NCBI GenBank assembly: GCA_047947115.1
Contig: CP170459.1
Location: forward strand, 1,376,001-1,440,000
Length of the DNA: 64,000 nt
Reading direction: 5' to 3'
Source of the DNA: Verrucomicrobiota bacterium
GTDB lineage: Bacteria > Verrucomicrobiota > Verrucomicrobiia > Limisphaerales > AAA164-E04
In this document: piece by piece, positions 49,334-60,167 of the stretch
Layout of the letters: each line of letters starts with the position of its first letter
Numbering within the stretch: the stretch's first letter is position 1
The notes under the pieces: model-generated
Told to the model about the DNA's origin: nothing
Database searches by the model: none
The model's input: the letters and a program-made list of their open reading frames with translations, nothing else
Translations under genes and position numbers: made by a program

Positions 49334-50362
49334 ATGTTGTCTCAGTTTAAAAGCTTATTCTCCAATGACATTGGAATTGATCTAGGGACGGCGAACTCGT
49401 TGGTTTACGTTCGTGATCAAGGTATTGTACTGAGGGAGCCATCCGTCGTCGCGATACAGGCGGGGACGACCAATGTGCTGGCCGTAGGGTTGGAAGCCAA
49501 GGAGATGCTGGGGCGCACGCCCAGTAACATTGTGGCCATTCGCCCGATGAAGGACGGGGTTATTGCAGATTTCGAGATCACGGAATCCATGCTGCGGTCC
49601 TTTATTCAAAAAGTTCATTACCGCAAACTCATCGCCCCTCGCGTGGTGGTGGCGGTTCCTTCCGGTATCACGGAAGTGGAAAAGCGGGCTGTCAAGGATT
49701 CGGCCACCCATGCAGGCGCCCGCGAAGTCTACCTGATCGAACAACCCATGGCATCGGCCATCGGGGTTGGATTGCCAGTGCACGAACCCGCCGGCAACAT
49801 GATCGTCGACATCGGCGGCGGGACCTGTGAAATAGCCATCATATCGTTGGCTGGGATTGTCTTCGCCCGGAGCCTGAGGGTTGGGGGAGACGAATTCGAC
49901 GAAACAATCGTGGCGCACATGAAGCGCGCCTATAACCTGATGATTGGCGAGCGCACGGCGGAGGAGATCAAAATCCGCGTGGGTTCGGCTTTTCCTTTGG
50001 AGCAGGAGCTGACTATGCAAGTCAAAGGAAGGGACCTAAGCTCCGGTCTCCCCAAAACATTATCGATTTGTTCAGAAGAGATTCGCGATGCTCTGAAAGA
50101 ACCATTGAATAGTATTTTGGAATCGATTCGTATCACCTTGGAACGTTGTCCGCCCGAATTGTCCGCCGATCTGGTGGATCGCGGAATCGTGATTGCTGGT
50201 GGTGGTGCCTTGTTAAGAGGTATCGACCGCCTGGTTGCCGAAGAAACCGGTTTGCCCGTTCATATTGCCGATGATCCGTTAACGGCTGTGGCAGAAGGTA
50301 CCGGACGTGTCCTGCACGAGTTGCAGTTCCTGAAACGAGTCGCTTCCTCAAGCCGAACCTAA
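49334..50362 (+). CDS. mreB: Rod shape-determining protein MreB
   Basis: IDLGTAN, DGVIADF, DIGGGT, GGGALL. Confidence 0.97.
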   Translation: MLSQFKSLFSNDIGIDLGTANSLVYVRDQGIVLREPSVVAIQAGTTNVLAVGLEAKEMLGRTPSNIVAIRPMKDGVIADFEITESMLRSFIQKVHYRKLIAPRVVVAVPSGITEVEKRAVKDSATHAGAREVYLIEQPMASAIGVGLPVHEPAGNMIVDIGGGTCEIAIISLAGIVFARSLRVGGDEFDETIVAHMKRAYNLMIGERTAEEIKIRVGSAFPLEQELTMQVKGRDLSSGLPKTLSICSEEIRDALKEPLNSILESIRITLERCPPELSADLVDRGIVIAGGGALLRGIDRLVAEETGLPVHIADDPLTAVAEGTGRVLHELQFLKRVASSSRT

Positions 50363-50395
50363 AAAAGTGCGTTCGCTCCGAAACAACGGAGTAGA

Positions 50396-51262
50396 ATGCT
50401 GAAGCAGCCACATATCGTAACGTTATGCTCGGTGTTGACGGCAGGGATTGTCCTGCTGAGTCTTCCCTTGCGTGTGAACACCCAGATTAAATGGGTGGCC
50501 GCAGGCTTGTTTCTCCCCTTTATCGGGCTCGCGGCTGCGGCCGATCAAAAGCTCGAATCCATCCAATCCATCGTGGTTTCCAAGCAGGAATTGCTGCGTG
50601 AAAACCAACGCCTCCGCAAAGAACTTGAAAACTACAAGATCGCACTCCTTCAGAGAAAAACGGTCGTGTCCGAGAACGACTTGTTGAGGGAGGAGATTCT
50701 CTGGAAAAAACGGCAGCCCTGGAATTTGTTGCCTGCGCGTGTTCAGGTTAAAGAGCCGAGCAATTGGTGGAGCAGTCTTTATATCAACGTTGGAACCGAG
50801 GATGGAGTGGTCGAGAACACCCCGGTTCTGTCCCCTCAAGGTCTGGTCGGCAAGGTGGACCAGGTGGAGCGTCATCGGTCGAAGGTTCGTCTGGTGGGGG
50901 ACCCTCACTGCAGGGTCTCGGCGATGTTGGCTCAAACCGCCACACGGCCTGAAGCTGAACAAGCTCACGGCACGGTCATGACGGGTCAGGACACCCAACT
51001 GAACCCCCGCATGGTCTCCTTCCAACACCTCCCGCTGAATACCCGGATCGAGCCGGGTGCCGAAGTGATCACCAGTGGCATGGGCGGCGGGTTTCCCCGT
51101 GGAATTCCTCTCGGGCATGTTGTTGATAGCCGTTCCTCGGGTGTTGGATTGTTCGCCGAAGCCAGGGTGCGTTTGACGGTGGATCTCAACCGTTTGGAGA
51201 TGGTCTGGTTGATATTGCCCGCCGAGCGCAATGGAAGAGCCCCGGGAGAGGATCCCCGTTGA
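50396..51262 (+). CDS. mreC: Rod shape-determining protein MreC
   Basis: TM + coiled coil, GLVGKV, TSGMGGGFPRG; operon position. Confidence 0.9.
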   Translation: MLKQPHIVTLCSVLTAGIVLLSLPLRVNTQIKWVAAGLFLPFIGLAAAADQKLESIQSIVVSKQELLRENQRLRKELENYKIALLQRKTVVSENDLLREEILWKKRQPWNLLPARVQVKEPSNWWSSLYINVGTEDGVVENTPVLSPQGLVGKVDQVERHRSKVRLVGDPHCRVSAMLAQTATRPEAEQAHGTVMTGQDTQLNPRMVSFQHLPLNTRIEPGAEVITSGMGGGFPRGIPLGHVVDSRSSGVGLFAEARVRLTVDLNRLEMVWLILPAERNGRAPGEDPR

Positions 51263-51299
51263 TCGGGGCATAGCCAACCAATCAAAGGAATCATCAACC

Positions 51300-51863
51300 A
51301 TGTCACGATCCACATTCACCAGCATGATACTGATAGCCATCGGAGTGGTCTATCTGGAAGCTCGCTGGACGGTCATCGAGGGTGGATGGCGTTGCCAGAT
51401 CGATGTGTTGCCTGTGTTTGCGGCTTATGCCGCCTTGCATGGCCGGGTCGGTGTCATGGCCGGAGTGGCAGCGTTGGGTGGAGGCTGGTTCGATCTCTTG
51501 TCGGCCAACCCTCTTGGAACTTCCTTGCTGTCGTTGTTTTTGACTTCCTACATGTTGCATGGAATGCATGAATTGTTGTTGAAAGGCCAGATGGCGGCGC
51601 AGTTTTTTGTTTGTGTTTTAGCCGGAGTATTGAATCCGGTCATCGCCGGATTTGCTCTATGGGTGATGAGTGCTGATCCCATGTTGGGATGGGGAACGCT
51701 TTGGCAAGTGTTGATCAACGCCATTTGTTGTGGTTTGGCTGGACCTGTCCTTTTCCTAATCCTGAACCAGTTGGATCAAAACCTGTCTCATACGCCGACC
51801 GCCAAGCCCTGGAATCGTCCGGTGGTGGAGGTCAAACGCAGCAAGCATTATCACCAGTTTTAA
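51300..51863 (+). CDS. mreD: Rod shape-determining protein MreD
   Basis: Hydrophobic, DLLSANPLG; between mreC and mrdA. Confidence 0.8.
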   Translation: MSRSTFTSMILIAIGVVYLEARWTVIEGGWRCQIDVLPVFAAYAALHGRVGVMAGVAALGGGWFDLLSANPLGTSLLSLFLTSYMLHGMHELLLKGQMAAQFFVCVLAGVLNPVIAGFALWVMSADPMLGWGTLWQVLINAICCGLAGPVLFLILNQLDQNLSHTPTAKPWNRPVVEVKRSKHYHQF

Positions 51864-51869
51864 AACACC

Positions 51870-53834
51870 ATGAGTCCCGTGAGCAAAACAAGACATGCCG
51901 ACACCAGCCTGCAATGGCTGGCCATTGGACTGTTGTTCTGTTTTGGCATCCTGGCGGGCGGGCTTTGGTATGTGCAGATCCTTTCGTTCAAGAAATACGA
52001 GAAATACCGAGAAGTACAGTCCTATCGCACCGTGCGGGTTCCTGCTCCGCGCGGGCTTATCTTCGACCGTAACTCGGTTGTGCTGGCGGATAACGAACCT
52101 CAGTTCAACATCGTTGTTTATTTGGATCAGCTTCGGGATCAGTTTCTGGAGACCTATTACGAACTGAAAGGGGACCGCAAGCTGAGCTACGAAGAGCAGT
52201 TGGAACTGGGAGCTGATGCCAGATATCTCACGGTGAGTAATCTGGTGGATCAAGCAGGTGTGCTCATCAATGAACCGGTGCGCAAGCTGAAACGGAAGGC
52301 GTTTGAAGATCATTATAAACAATATCGATACGTGGCCATGCCTGTGCTGTTGAATCTCAGTCGTGAACAGATGGCTCGGTTTATGGAACAGGGATCCAGG
52401 CTGCATGGTTTTGATTTGGAGGTCCGTTCCAAACGCAAATATCCGCACGGCACCACCGCCGCGCATGTGCTGGGCTATATGCGAAAACGGAATCGGGTTT
52501 CGTCTGAAAATGCGCCGACCCTGCAGATGTCCTTTGACTATGAATTGCCTGACATCAAAGGGCAGGCGGGATTGGAAGGGCAGTTTGAAACGGAACTGGC
52601 TGGCGAGCCGGGTGCAAAGTCCATTCTGGTGAACAACTTGATCTATCGACAGGAGGAAGAGGAATGGTTGCCGTCCTTACCAGGTAAGAACCTTTACCTT
52701 ACTCTGGACACTCGTATTCAGAAATCAGCCGAGAAGGCTTTGACGCATTACGATCCCAACATTCGCGGCGCTATTGTGGTGATGGATTGCACGAATGGAG
52801 ATGTGTTGGCCATGGCATCCGCGCCCACCTTTGATCCCAACATTTTCAACCGATCCCTCTCTCATGCCATGTCCGATTGGTTGTTTGATGATGAAGGGCC
52901 CTTGCCATTGTTCAATCGTGCTACATTTGGTCGTTATCACCCCGGGTCCATTTTCAAGATCATGGTGGGTTTGGCTGGATTGGAACAAAATATTATCGAT
53001 CCCTCTGACAAGTTCTTGTCACTGGGCTATTTTCCACTTGGCAAGCGCAGGATCGATGACACGGCAGGCCCTGGTTATTTCGATTTTGAGAGGGCCTTAG
53101 CTAAATCCAGTAATCCATACTTCATTCATTATGGTTTGGAAATGGGACCTGAGGTCATCTTAGATTTCAGTCGACAGATTTTTCTTGGCGAAAAAACCGG
53201 TTTGCTGACGAATCAGGAAACCGGCGGTTACTTGCCCGCGCTTCAGGATCTCAAGCGCGGTTGGTATGATGGAGACACCGCCAATCTGAGCATAGGACAA
53301 GGAAAAATCGACGTGACCCCTCTCCAGATGGCGGTGATGACCTCGGCTGTCGCCAATGGTGGAACGGTCTATTGGCCGCGTGTTGTTGCTGGTTTGGAAA
53401 CGATGGATCCTGTTGGAGGAAAGATCTTTGAAAGAGAGCCTGTGGGGCGGGTGCGAGGGCGCTTGAAAGTATCCCAGGATACTCTGCAGGTGGTGCAGCG
53501 AGCCATGCTTGCCGATGTGCAGACGCTGGATGGCACGGGGCGCATCTGTAAGATTGATGGCTACCTTGTTGGAGGCAAGACCGGTACCGCAGAAACCAAC
53601 CAGAAGGTCAAAGGTGGGCGCATGATCAAGCATACCTGGTTTGTTTCTTATGCACCCTTTGATAACCCGAGGTATGCCGTGGTTGTATTTGTTGAAGATG
53701 GTATGAGCGGCGGAGCCAGTTGCGCTCCATTGGCTGAAAAGGTTTATCAAACGCTGAAAGACTTGCCTGATCCCGAGCCGGTCAAACCCCAACGAAAGCA
53801 GATGACGTTAACAGGTTATGAACGCGCCTTATAA
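51870..53834 (+). CDS. mrdA: Penicillin-binding protein 2
   Basis: RGLIFDRN, SIFK (SxxK), SSN (SxN), KTG. Confidence 0.93.
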   Translation: MSPVSKTRHADTSLQWLAIGLLFCFGILAGGLWYVQILSFKKYEKYREVQSYRTVRVPAPRGLIFDRNSVVLADNEPQFNIVVYLDQLRDQFLETYYELKGDRKLSYEEQLELGADARYLTVSNLVDQAGVLINEPVRKLKRKAFEDHYKQYRYVAMPVLLNLSREQMARFMEQGSRLHGFDLEVRSKRKYPHGTTAAHVLGYMRKRNRVSSENAPTLQMSFDYELPDIKGQAGLEGQFETELAGEPGAKSILVNNLIYRQEEEEWLPSLPGKNLYLTLDTRIQKSAEKALTHYDPNIRGAIVVMDCTNGDVLAMASAPTFDPNIFNRSLSHAMSDWLFDDEGPLPLFNRATFGRYHPGSIFKIMVGLAGLEQNIIDPSDKFLSLGYFPLGKRRIDDTAGPGYFDFERALAKSSNPYFIHYGLEMGPEVILDFSRQIFLGEKTGLLTNQETGGYLPALQDLKRGWYDGDTANLSIGQGKIDVTPLQMAVMTSAVANGGTVYWPRVVAGLETMDPVGGKIFEREPVGRVRGRLKVSQDTLQVVQRAMLADVQTLDGTGRICKIDGYLVGGKTGTAETNQKVKGGRMIKHTWFVSYAPFDNPRYAVVVFVEDGMSGGASCAPLAEKVYQTLKDLPDPEPVKPQRKQMTLTGYERAL

Positions 53835-55017
53835 TCGTTGGAACCAGCATGTGGATTGGGTGCTCTGGCTGGCCTTGGCCGGTCTGGCAGTCATTGGGCT
53901 GGCGTTCATCTACAGCGCCGCGTCGGTCCACGGCCTGTCCGATCCTCAGCAATGGTATCAGCATCGCTTTGTGAAGCAAATGTTTGCGCTTGGGCTTGGG
54001 CTCGTTTTGGCAGGCGCTTTGTGTCTGGTTGATTACCACCTGATTGCTCGATGGTCTCTGGTGTTTTATTGGGCTTCCATTATTCTGTTGTTGCTCGTCC
54101 TTCTCTTCGATCCGGTTTATGGGGCGAGGAGGTGGATTTCGTTGGGGCCAATCAGATTGCAACCATCCGAGTTTGCTAAAATAGCCACCATTTGTGCTTT
54201 GGGTAACTTTTTAAGTCGACCTTTGGACGAACTCCGTGTGCCCAGTTTGTTTTTTCAAGCCCTGGGACTGATCGGGCTTCCATTTTGTTTGATCCTCATC
54301 GAACCCGATCTGGGATCTTCGCTCGTACTGATCCCGGTTGGATTGGTGATGATGTTCGTTGCCGGTATTCCAAGAACATTTCTGAGCCGCCTCGTCGGCG
54401 GCGCAGCTTTGATGATGGTGCTGGTGGTGATCGATACCCTTTTCTACCCCAAGTTGTTACCCGTAGTGCAGCTTGAGGAATATCAGAAAAACCGATTACG
54501 CGTTTATTTCGGAATGTCTTTTGCCCCGCCGGATGCGACTCCGACGGAAAAGCGAAACGCAGAAGTGGAAAAACGCAGATTCACCTACAACGTCGACCAG
54601 GCGTTGATTTCCGTCGGATCCGGCGGAATGACAGGAAAAGGATGGTGCCAGGGAACGCAAAACGCCCTTGGATACCTTCCAAAAACAGTGGCGCACAACG
54701 ACTTCATATTCTCCGTGATTGCCGAGGAGTGGGGGTTTTTGGGCAGCATGGCCGTGTTATGCCTCAATGCCGTGGTGGTGATCCAGGGTTTGAGAATCGC
54801 CTCCCAGGCCAGAGACCGGATGGGAAGGGTGATTGCGACAGGAGTAGTCATGCTTTGGTTCAGCCACGTCTTTATTAATATCGGCATGAACATAAGACTG
54901 ATGCCCGTGACCGGGTTACCCCTCCCCTTGTTGAGTGACGGAGGTTCTTCCGCACTCAGCTTCATGGTGGCTATGGGGCTTTTACAAAACGTCAAACTAT
55001 ACAAGAGGAACTATTAG
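53818..55017 (+). CDS. rodA: SEDS protein RodA
   Basis: LQPSEFAK, EPDLG, HNDFIFS, PVTGLPLP. Confidence 0.93.
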   Translation: MNAPYNRWNQHVDWVLWLALAGLAVIGLAFIYSAASVHGLSDPQQWYQHRFVKQMFALGLGLVLAGALCLVDYHLIARWSLVFYWASIILLLLVLLFDPVYGARRWISLGPIRLQPSEFAKIATICALGNFLSRPLDELRVPSLFFQALGLIGLPFCLILIEPDLGSSLVLIPVGLVMMFVAGIPRTFLSRLVGGAALMMVLVVIDTLFYPKLLPVVQLEEYQKNRLRVYFGMSFAPPDATPTEKRNAEVEKRRFTYNVDQALISVGSGGMTGKGWCQGTQNALGYLPKTVAHNDFIFSVIAEEWGFLGSMAVLCLNAVVVIQGLRIASQARDRMGRVIATGVVMLWFSHVFINIGMNIRLMPVTGLPLPLLSDGGSSALSFMVAMGLLQNVKLYKRNY

Positions 55018-55028
55018 AATCATTTATT

Positions 55029-57092
55029 ATGAGTCAACGAAAAGGGAACCGCCGCAGGAGCGCCGGCATGAGATTTAAGCCGGCATCCGGCATTGGGCCA
55101 AAAAACAAGAAAGCAGTGAAAGCGGCCGCGGTCGCTCGTGCTGAGGTTTTGGGAAATCCAACCGCCGATGAGGAACCGGTTTATGACAACCGCAAACATG
55201 CCCGCGAAATTCAACGGGCGGAAAATCTGGCTTCCGGACTGCCGCCGGATATCACCGATGAGGCTTTGAAGGAAAAAGAGGAAGCCAAAAAACGAGAAGA
55301 GGAAAACACCTCCGAAGACGGTAAATCCGGTCAGGATCGCAAGAACAGTGGTCGAAGCAAAGGGAAACAAACCGGCCAGGAAGGCAGGAAATCAGGTGGT
55401 AAAGGTCGTGGGCAGAAAAAGGATGAGCCCTATAAACCGGTGGAATTCACCGAACCTGCTCCAAAAGGCATCGTTGGAACCCTCAAGGCGGCTGCTGACA
55501 AAGTCATTTCCCGCGTCAAACGCGTATTTATTCCGCTGCAAAAACAGCACAAAGAACTGATCATCAATGTAGAGCCTCTAGAATCCAGGGTGGCGGTGTT
55601 GGAAGATGGTGTCTTGGAAGAGTTCACCATTGAACGAAACGAAGACCATCGTCTGGTGGGCAGCATTTACAAGGGTGTCGTCAAAAACCTGGAAGATGGT
55701 CTGAAGGCTGCCTTTGTGGACATTGGTTTCGAAAAGAATGCCTTCCTCCACTACTGGGATATCGTTCCAAACAGTTTCGACAGCAACATCGAAATCGTGG
55801 AACGTAAGAAAGGTCGGAAACAAAGACCCAAGATTACTCAAAAGGATATTCCGCGCCTTTACCCGATCGGCACCGAAATCATCGTTCAGGTGACCAAGGG
55901 ATCCATCGGCACCAAAGGACCTCGTATCACCACCAACCTGGCCATTCCAGGTCGGTTTCTGGTCCTGTTGCCGAATTCCGACCAATGCGGTATCTCACGT
56001 AAAATCGACAATTCCCAGGAACGTCAGCGCCTCAAACAAATTGTCCGCAACCTGACCATTCCCGATGGCATGGGCGTCATCATTCGAACTGCCGGTCAAG
56101 GCCAGAAGGCTCGCTACTTTGTGCGCGATCTTGCCTTCCTGGTGGAGGAATGGAACCGGATACAGGACCATATCAACACCAAAAAGCCACCTTATTGCGT
56201 GTTCCAGGAGCCTGACTTGATCGAGCGCACGGTTCGGGATTTTCTGACGGAAGACGTCGAGCGCATCGTGGTGGATTCTCCCGATGAGCATAAGCGCATT
56301 CAAAAAACGATCACTCGCATCTCCAAACGTTCCATCGAAAAGGTAAAACTTTATCAGGATACTCAGGCGATCTTTGACCGGTTTGGCATAACGCGTCAAT
56401 TGCATAGCACCTTTGCCCGAACGGTGCACCTGAAGAGCGGGGGGTATATCGTCATTGATGAAACCGAAGCTTTGGTTGCGATCGACGTGAACACGGGACG
56501 CCACAAAAGCAGTCAGAAGGAAAAAGATTCGACCATCTTGAAGGTCAATCTCGAGGCCGCCGAGGAAATCACCCGCCAGCTCAGGCTGCGTAACATTGGA
56601 GGTTTGATTATTCTCGATTTCATTGACATGAAATCCAGAAAAGACCAGCAACAGGTCTATCAAAAAGTCAAAGAAGGATTGAAGCGTGACAAGGCCAAGA
56701 CCCATGTGCTGCCCATTTCTCAGTTGGGATTGCTGGAAATGACCCGCCAGCGCCAGACCGAGAGCGTGCGCGCTTCGGTTAACGACGACTGTCCTTACTG
56801 CAGCGGCAAAGGCAAGGTGAAGAGCGTGGTGACCATGAGTGTGGAAATTCAACGCAAACTCGGCGAAATTCTTAAGAAACGCCAGCGTGATGAATCCGAT
56901 TATCAGTTGATGATTGTCGTGAATCCAAAGGTGTTCAATCGCTTGCGCACGGAGGATGAACAGTTGGTGATTCAAATGGAGAAACAATACTTCGGAAAAC
57001 TGTCCTTCCGTCCTGATCCGTCTTATCACTACGAAGAGTTTCGTATTGTGGACTTGGGCAGCAATCGAGAACTCGCTCGATCCGAGTCTTAA
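55029..57092 (+). CDS. Rne/Rng-family ribonuclease with a charged N-terminal extension
   Basis: AAFVDIG, IDVNTG, LRLRNIGG, DFIDM, CPYC. Confidence 0.93.
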   Translation: MSQRKGNRRRSAGMRFKPASGIGPKNKKAVKAAAVARAEVLGNPTADEEPVYDNRKHAREIQRAENLASGLPPDITDEALKEKEEAKKREEENTSEDGKSGQDRKNSGRSKGKQTGQEGRKSGGKGRGQKKDEPYKPVEFTEPAPKGIVGTLKAAADKVISRVKRVFIPLQKQHKELIINVEPLESRVAVLEDGVLEEFTIERNEDHRLVGSIYKGVVKNLEDGLKAAFVDIGFEKNAFLHYWDIVPNSFDSNIEIVERKKGRKQRPKITQKDIPRLYPIGTEIIVQVTKGSIGTKGPRITTNLAIPGRFLVLLPNSDQCGISRKIDNSQERQRLKQIVRNLTIPDGMGVIIRTAGQGQKARYFVRDLAFLVEEWNRIQDHINTKKPPYCVFQEPDLIERTVRDFLTEDVERIVVDSPDEHKRIQKTITRISKRSIEKVKLYQDTQAIFDRFGITRQLHSTFARTVHLKSGGYIVIDETEALVAIDVNTGRHKSSQKEKDSTILKVNLEAAEEITRQLRLRNIGGLIILDFIDMKSRKDQQQVYQKVKEGLKRDKAKTHVLPISQLGLLEMTRQRQTESVRASVNDDCPYCSGKGKVKSVVTMSVEIQRKLGEILKKRQRDESDYQLMIVVNPKVFNRLRTEDEQLVIQMEKQYFGKLSFRPDPSYHYEEFRIVDLGSNRELARSES

Positions 57093-57107
57093 ACCTGATT
57101 CAACAGG

Positions 57108-57149
57108 GCGTGCGAGAGAGTGTAAAAACCCTCGCACGCTTTTTTTTTG
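57108..57149 (+). terminator. Intrinsic terminator
   Basis: GCGTGCGAG...CTCGCACGC followed by a long T run. Confidence 0.75.
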
Positions 57150-57289
57150 CAAAAAGCTGCCTTTTTATCCGCCAAACACCTCAACCATTCTGTTTTTCAT
57201 GAGTTTTCCTTGGGATTGAGGTTGATTTAGGATTGAGGTTTTTTTAGGCTACTATCTTTTGAGGCATTGAACTTGCTAAGAAAACTGAG

Positions 57290-58255
57290 ATGCAAAAGAT
57301 TTACACCATATTGGCGCTTTGGCTTGTTTGTTGTTGGGCGACGCCATGTCATGCGGCTGAGACATACCCTTTCACCTTGGAAAACGGGAACGTGACCGAA
57401 GGTAGAATTTCCGTTATGGATGAAGAGAGTCTGGTTATCACCAAGACAAACGGGACTTTTACCGAAAGGATCGATTTGGTTTACCTCTCTCAGGACACGC
57501 TGAAGTATATCCAACAGCATCCCGAATACATTAAGAAGGGATATCACCAATATGTGGATCCTTTCATCGAATTGCCCGAAGAAGAAATCGAACCCCCGGA
57601 AATCACTGTGCGTCAACCTGAGCGCATGGAGCGTCCCGATGGCAAGACGACTTTCTTCTCCACATTGACCACGCCCATCGGCTTGCTCATTCTTGGTGCC
57701 GTGTATTTGGGGAATTTATTTGCCGCCTTTGAAATAGCTGTGTTCCGCGGACGCCCTATCCCCTTGGTATGCGGTGTGTCGGCGGTGCTTCCCATCATCG
57801 GTCCCATTCTGTTCATTTCCATGCCTGGTATCGAGACCGAATCCACCTATGACGAGTCTTATGATGACGGAGTTGCAGCTGCTCCGGAGGCTGCGCCCGA
57901 ATCCGCTCCTGCTCCGGGAGCCCCGGCCGCCAAATCCGGACTTGGATTGGCCAAAGGTGTCGGCGCTGGTGTGGGAGGAAGCGGGGGAGGTCTGGCCGGC
58001 TCTGTTTTCACCAAGGACGATACCCAGTTTAACCGCAGTTTTATTGAAACCAAGTTTAGTGAATTCTTCCGTGTTGTGCCTTCGCCTTCAATCAAGAACT
58101 TGGTTCTGGCGTTCAAGACTGTGAAGAGAGAGTTCGTGGCAACACGTATCACTCGTATTTCAGGCTCGGACCTCCACCTGCAATTGCAGCAAGGTTCCAA
58201 GGAAGTATCCATCGGCTTTGGGGAAATTGTCCGGATCGAAGTGCGCAATAAGTAA
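57290..58255 (+). CDS. Hypothetical membrane protein
   Basis: Signal peptide, two hydrophobic segments, Ala/Pro/Gly linker; no family recognised. Confidence 0.75.
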   Translation: MQKIYTILALWLVCCWATPCHAAETYPFTLENGNVTEGRISVMDEESLVITKTNGTFTERIDLVYLSQDTLKYIQQHPEYIKKGYHQYVDPFIELPEEEIEPPEITVRQPERMERPDGKTTFFSTLTTPIGLLILGAVYLGNLFAAFEIAVFRGRPIPLVCGVSAVLPIIGPILFISMPGIETESTYDESYDDGVAAAPEAAPESAPAPGAPAAKSGLGLAKGVGAGVGGSGGGLAGSVFTKDDTQFNRSFIETKFSEFFRVVPSPSIKNLVLAFKTVKREFVATRITRISGSDLHLQLQQGSKEVSIGFGEIVRIEVRNK

Positions 58256-58386
58256 TTCCATCCGTTCGATTCAATCACCATCTTTTTTGTCACAACCTGG
58301 GTCGCATCTCGCGATCCGGGTTGTTTTGCCTTACTTTCTGATGTGTGAACTGGTCGTTCGGTAAAATTGTCCAATTGGTTTTTGTC

Positions 58387-59349
58387 ATGATACGAGCCAT
58401 ATTCTTAGGAACCGCAGAGATAGCATGCCCCATCGTCCAAACCTTGCATGAGATGCCGGACGTGGCCTTGCTGGGTGTCATTTCCCAACCCGACCGACCG
58501 CAGGGAAGAAAAATGAAACTCACTCCCACCCCGATCAAATCGATCGCTTTGGATCTGGGGTTGGAGATTTGGCAGCCCGAGCGGTTGCGGAAGGATCCGG
58601 CATGTATGGAATGGATCAAGTCCCTGCAGTTGGATGTCGCCATCGTGATGGCCTATGGCCAAATCCTCCCGGTTTCCGTCCTCCAAATGCCAAAGTTTGG
58701 TTGTTTGAATATTCACACCTCCTTGTTGCCTAAATACAGAGGTGCCGCTCCCATTCAATGGGCGATTTGGACCGGGGATGAAGTTACCGGAGTGACATTG
58801 ATGCAGATGGATAAAGGCATGGATACCGGACCCATCGTCGCAACTTCCCAGGTCCCTATAACCCCGCAAACAACCGCTCCCATGCTTCACGATCAATTGG
58901 CCGAGGCGGGAGCCGACCTCCTGAAGCGCAGTCTTGCAGATTATTGTGATGGTAAATTGGCCGTCACTCCCCAACCCGAACACGGAGTTAGCCATGCCCG
59001 CAAGATCGAGAAACAGGATGGTGCCATCGATTGGACCCGGTCTGCGGTCGAGTTGGATCGTCAAGTGAGGGCACTTTCACCCTGGCCGGGATGTTTTACC
59101 GATATACGCTTTTCGTCCGGCGGGGTTGAACGCTTGAAGATCAAAGCGGTTCAACCACTTGAACTCAAAGCAGAAGGGTTTGAACCCGGTGAGATTGTGC
59201 AAGCCGACAAAGAAGGCCTGATTGTGAAAGCGGGACATGGCGCATTGCGGCTTCTGGAGCTTCAACGCCAGGGTGGCAAGGCAATGGACGCGAAAGCTTT
59301 CCTTTTGGGGATGCCACTTGCTTCAGGGGACTGTTTGATGAAACCCTAG
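58387..59349 (+). CDS. fmt: Methionyl-tRNA formyltransferase
   Basis: SQPDRPQGR, AYGQIL, HTSLLPKYRGAAPIQ, MDTG. Confidence 0.96.
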   Translation: MIRAIFLGTAEIACPIVQTLHEMPDVALLGVISQPDRPQGRKMKLTPTPIKSIALDLGLEIWQPERLRKDPACMEWIKSLQLDVAIVMAYGQILPVSVLQMPKFGCLNIHTSLLPKYRGAAPIQWAIWTGDEVTGVTLMQMDKGMDTGPIVATSQVPITPQTTAPMLHDQLAEAGADLLKRSLADYCDGKLAVTPQPEHGVSHARKIEKQDGAIDWTRSAVELDRQVRALSPWPGCFTDIRFSSGGVERLKIKAVQPLELKAEGFEPGEIVQADKEGLIVKAGHGALRLLELQRQGGKAMDAKAFLLGMPLASGDCLMKP

Positions 59350-59514
59350 TTAATCATACAGTCATATGTGAATTAGTTGTTTGAGAAGATCGGGTTAACT
59401 TATTGATGGAGATGGGGTCGTTTGTTTTGTGCTTCTTAACAATCAATGATGATTATGTGTTGATTTTTGTGGTCCAATCAACCATAAATGGCAATCGCCT
59501 GATCAAACCATAGC

Positions 59515-59728
59515 CTGGTTCTGAATGATCATGGCTGCAAATGGCCTGATAACAGTGAGTGGATCATCCTGATCTGGGGAGACCAAGATTCGCCTTTGTC
59601 TGAAGAGCCTGACAGATGGGCAATCCAGATCCGCTTGTTCTGATAAGGAAAGGCCGCCCGCATCTTGCACCATGCCGGATGCAGGTTTAAGAATTCCGTG
59701 GGGTGGGGACCCTTAGGAACGAAACCAG
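59515..59728 (+). ncRNA. Structured ncRNA candidate (family unassigned; 6S RNA possible)
   Basis: Ends pair (CTGGTT / AACCAG); nested stems; directly followed by a terminator; no ORF. Confidence 0.55.
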
Positions 59729-59756
59729 AAAAGGCTCCCGAAAGGGGGCCTTTTTT
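59729..59756 (+). terminator. Intrinsic terminator
   Basis: AAAAGGCTCCC-GAAA-GGGGGCCTTTTTT. Confidence 0.85.
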
Positions 59757-59765
59757 ATTTTTCGC

Positions 59766-59793
59766 TTGTCAAAGCCCGGATGCTTGCTAACGT
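59766..59793 (+). promoter_or_regulatory. Possible sigma70 promoter of rpmE2
   Basis: TTGTCA-16 nt-TAACGT with extended -10 TG. Confidence 0.3.
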
Positions 59794-59807
59794 TCCCGGC
59801 CTTATTT

Positions 59808-60101
59808 ATGAAAAGTGACATTCATCCGGAAAATTACAGGCCGGTAGTATTCAAGGACACAACTTCAGGATTCAGTTTCCTGAGCAAGTCCTGTGCACGC
59901 ACCACCCAGACAGTTCAGTGGGAAGACGGCAACGAATACCCATTGGTGATTCTTGGCATTAGTAGCGCATCCCATCCTTTCTATACGGGACAGCAAATGT
60001 TCGTGGATACCGCAGGCCGTGTTGACAAGTTTCAGCAACGTTTGGCCAAGACCAAACAGGCCCAGGAAAAGGCCGCTGCTTTCAAAAAGCGCAAGCGCTA
60101 A
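59808..60101 (+). CDS. rpmE2: 50S ribosomal protein L31 type B
   Basis: [34 protein letters not shown]. Confidence 0.95.
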   Translation: MKSDIHPENYRPVVFKDTTSGFSFLSKSCARTTQTVQWEDGNEYPLVILGISSASHPFYTGQQMFVDTAGRVDKFQQRLAKTKQAQEKAAAFKKRKR

Positions 60102-60167
60102 ACTTCTTTTGCACATCGCCCGCATGCGGTCTGTCGCAGACTGCCTGCGGGTGATTTGTATTTATTT

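Noticed and set aside
59515..59728. Hammerhead ribozyme, glycine riboswitch, RNase P or SRP RNA
   Set aside because: CTGA and GAAAC words occur but not in hammerhead stem order; the diagnostic motifs of the other families are absent
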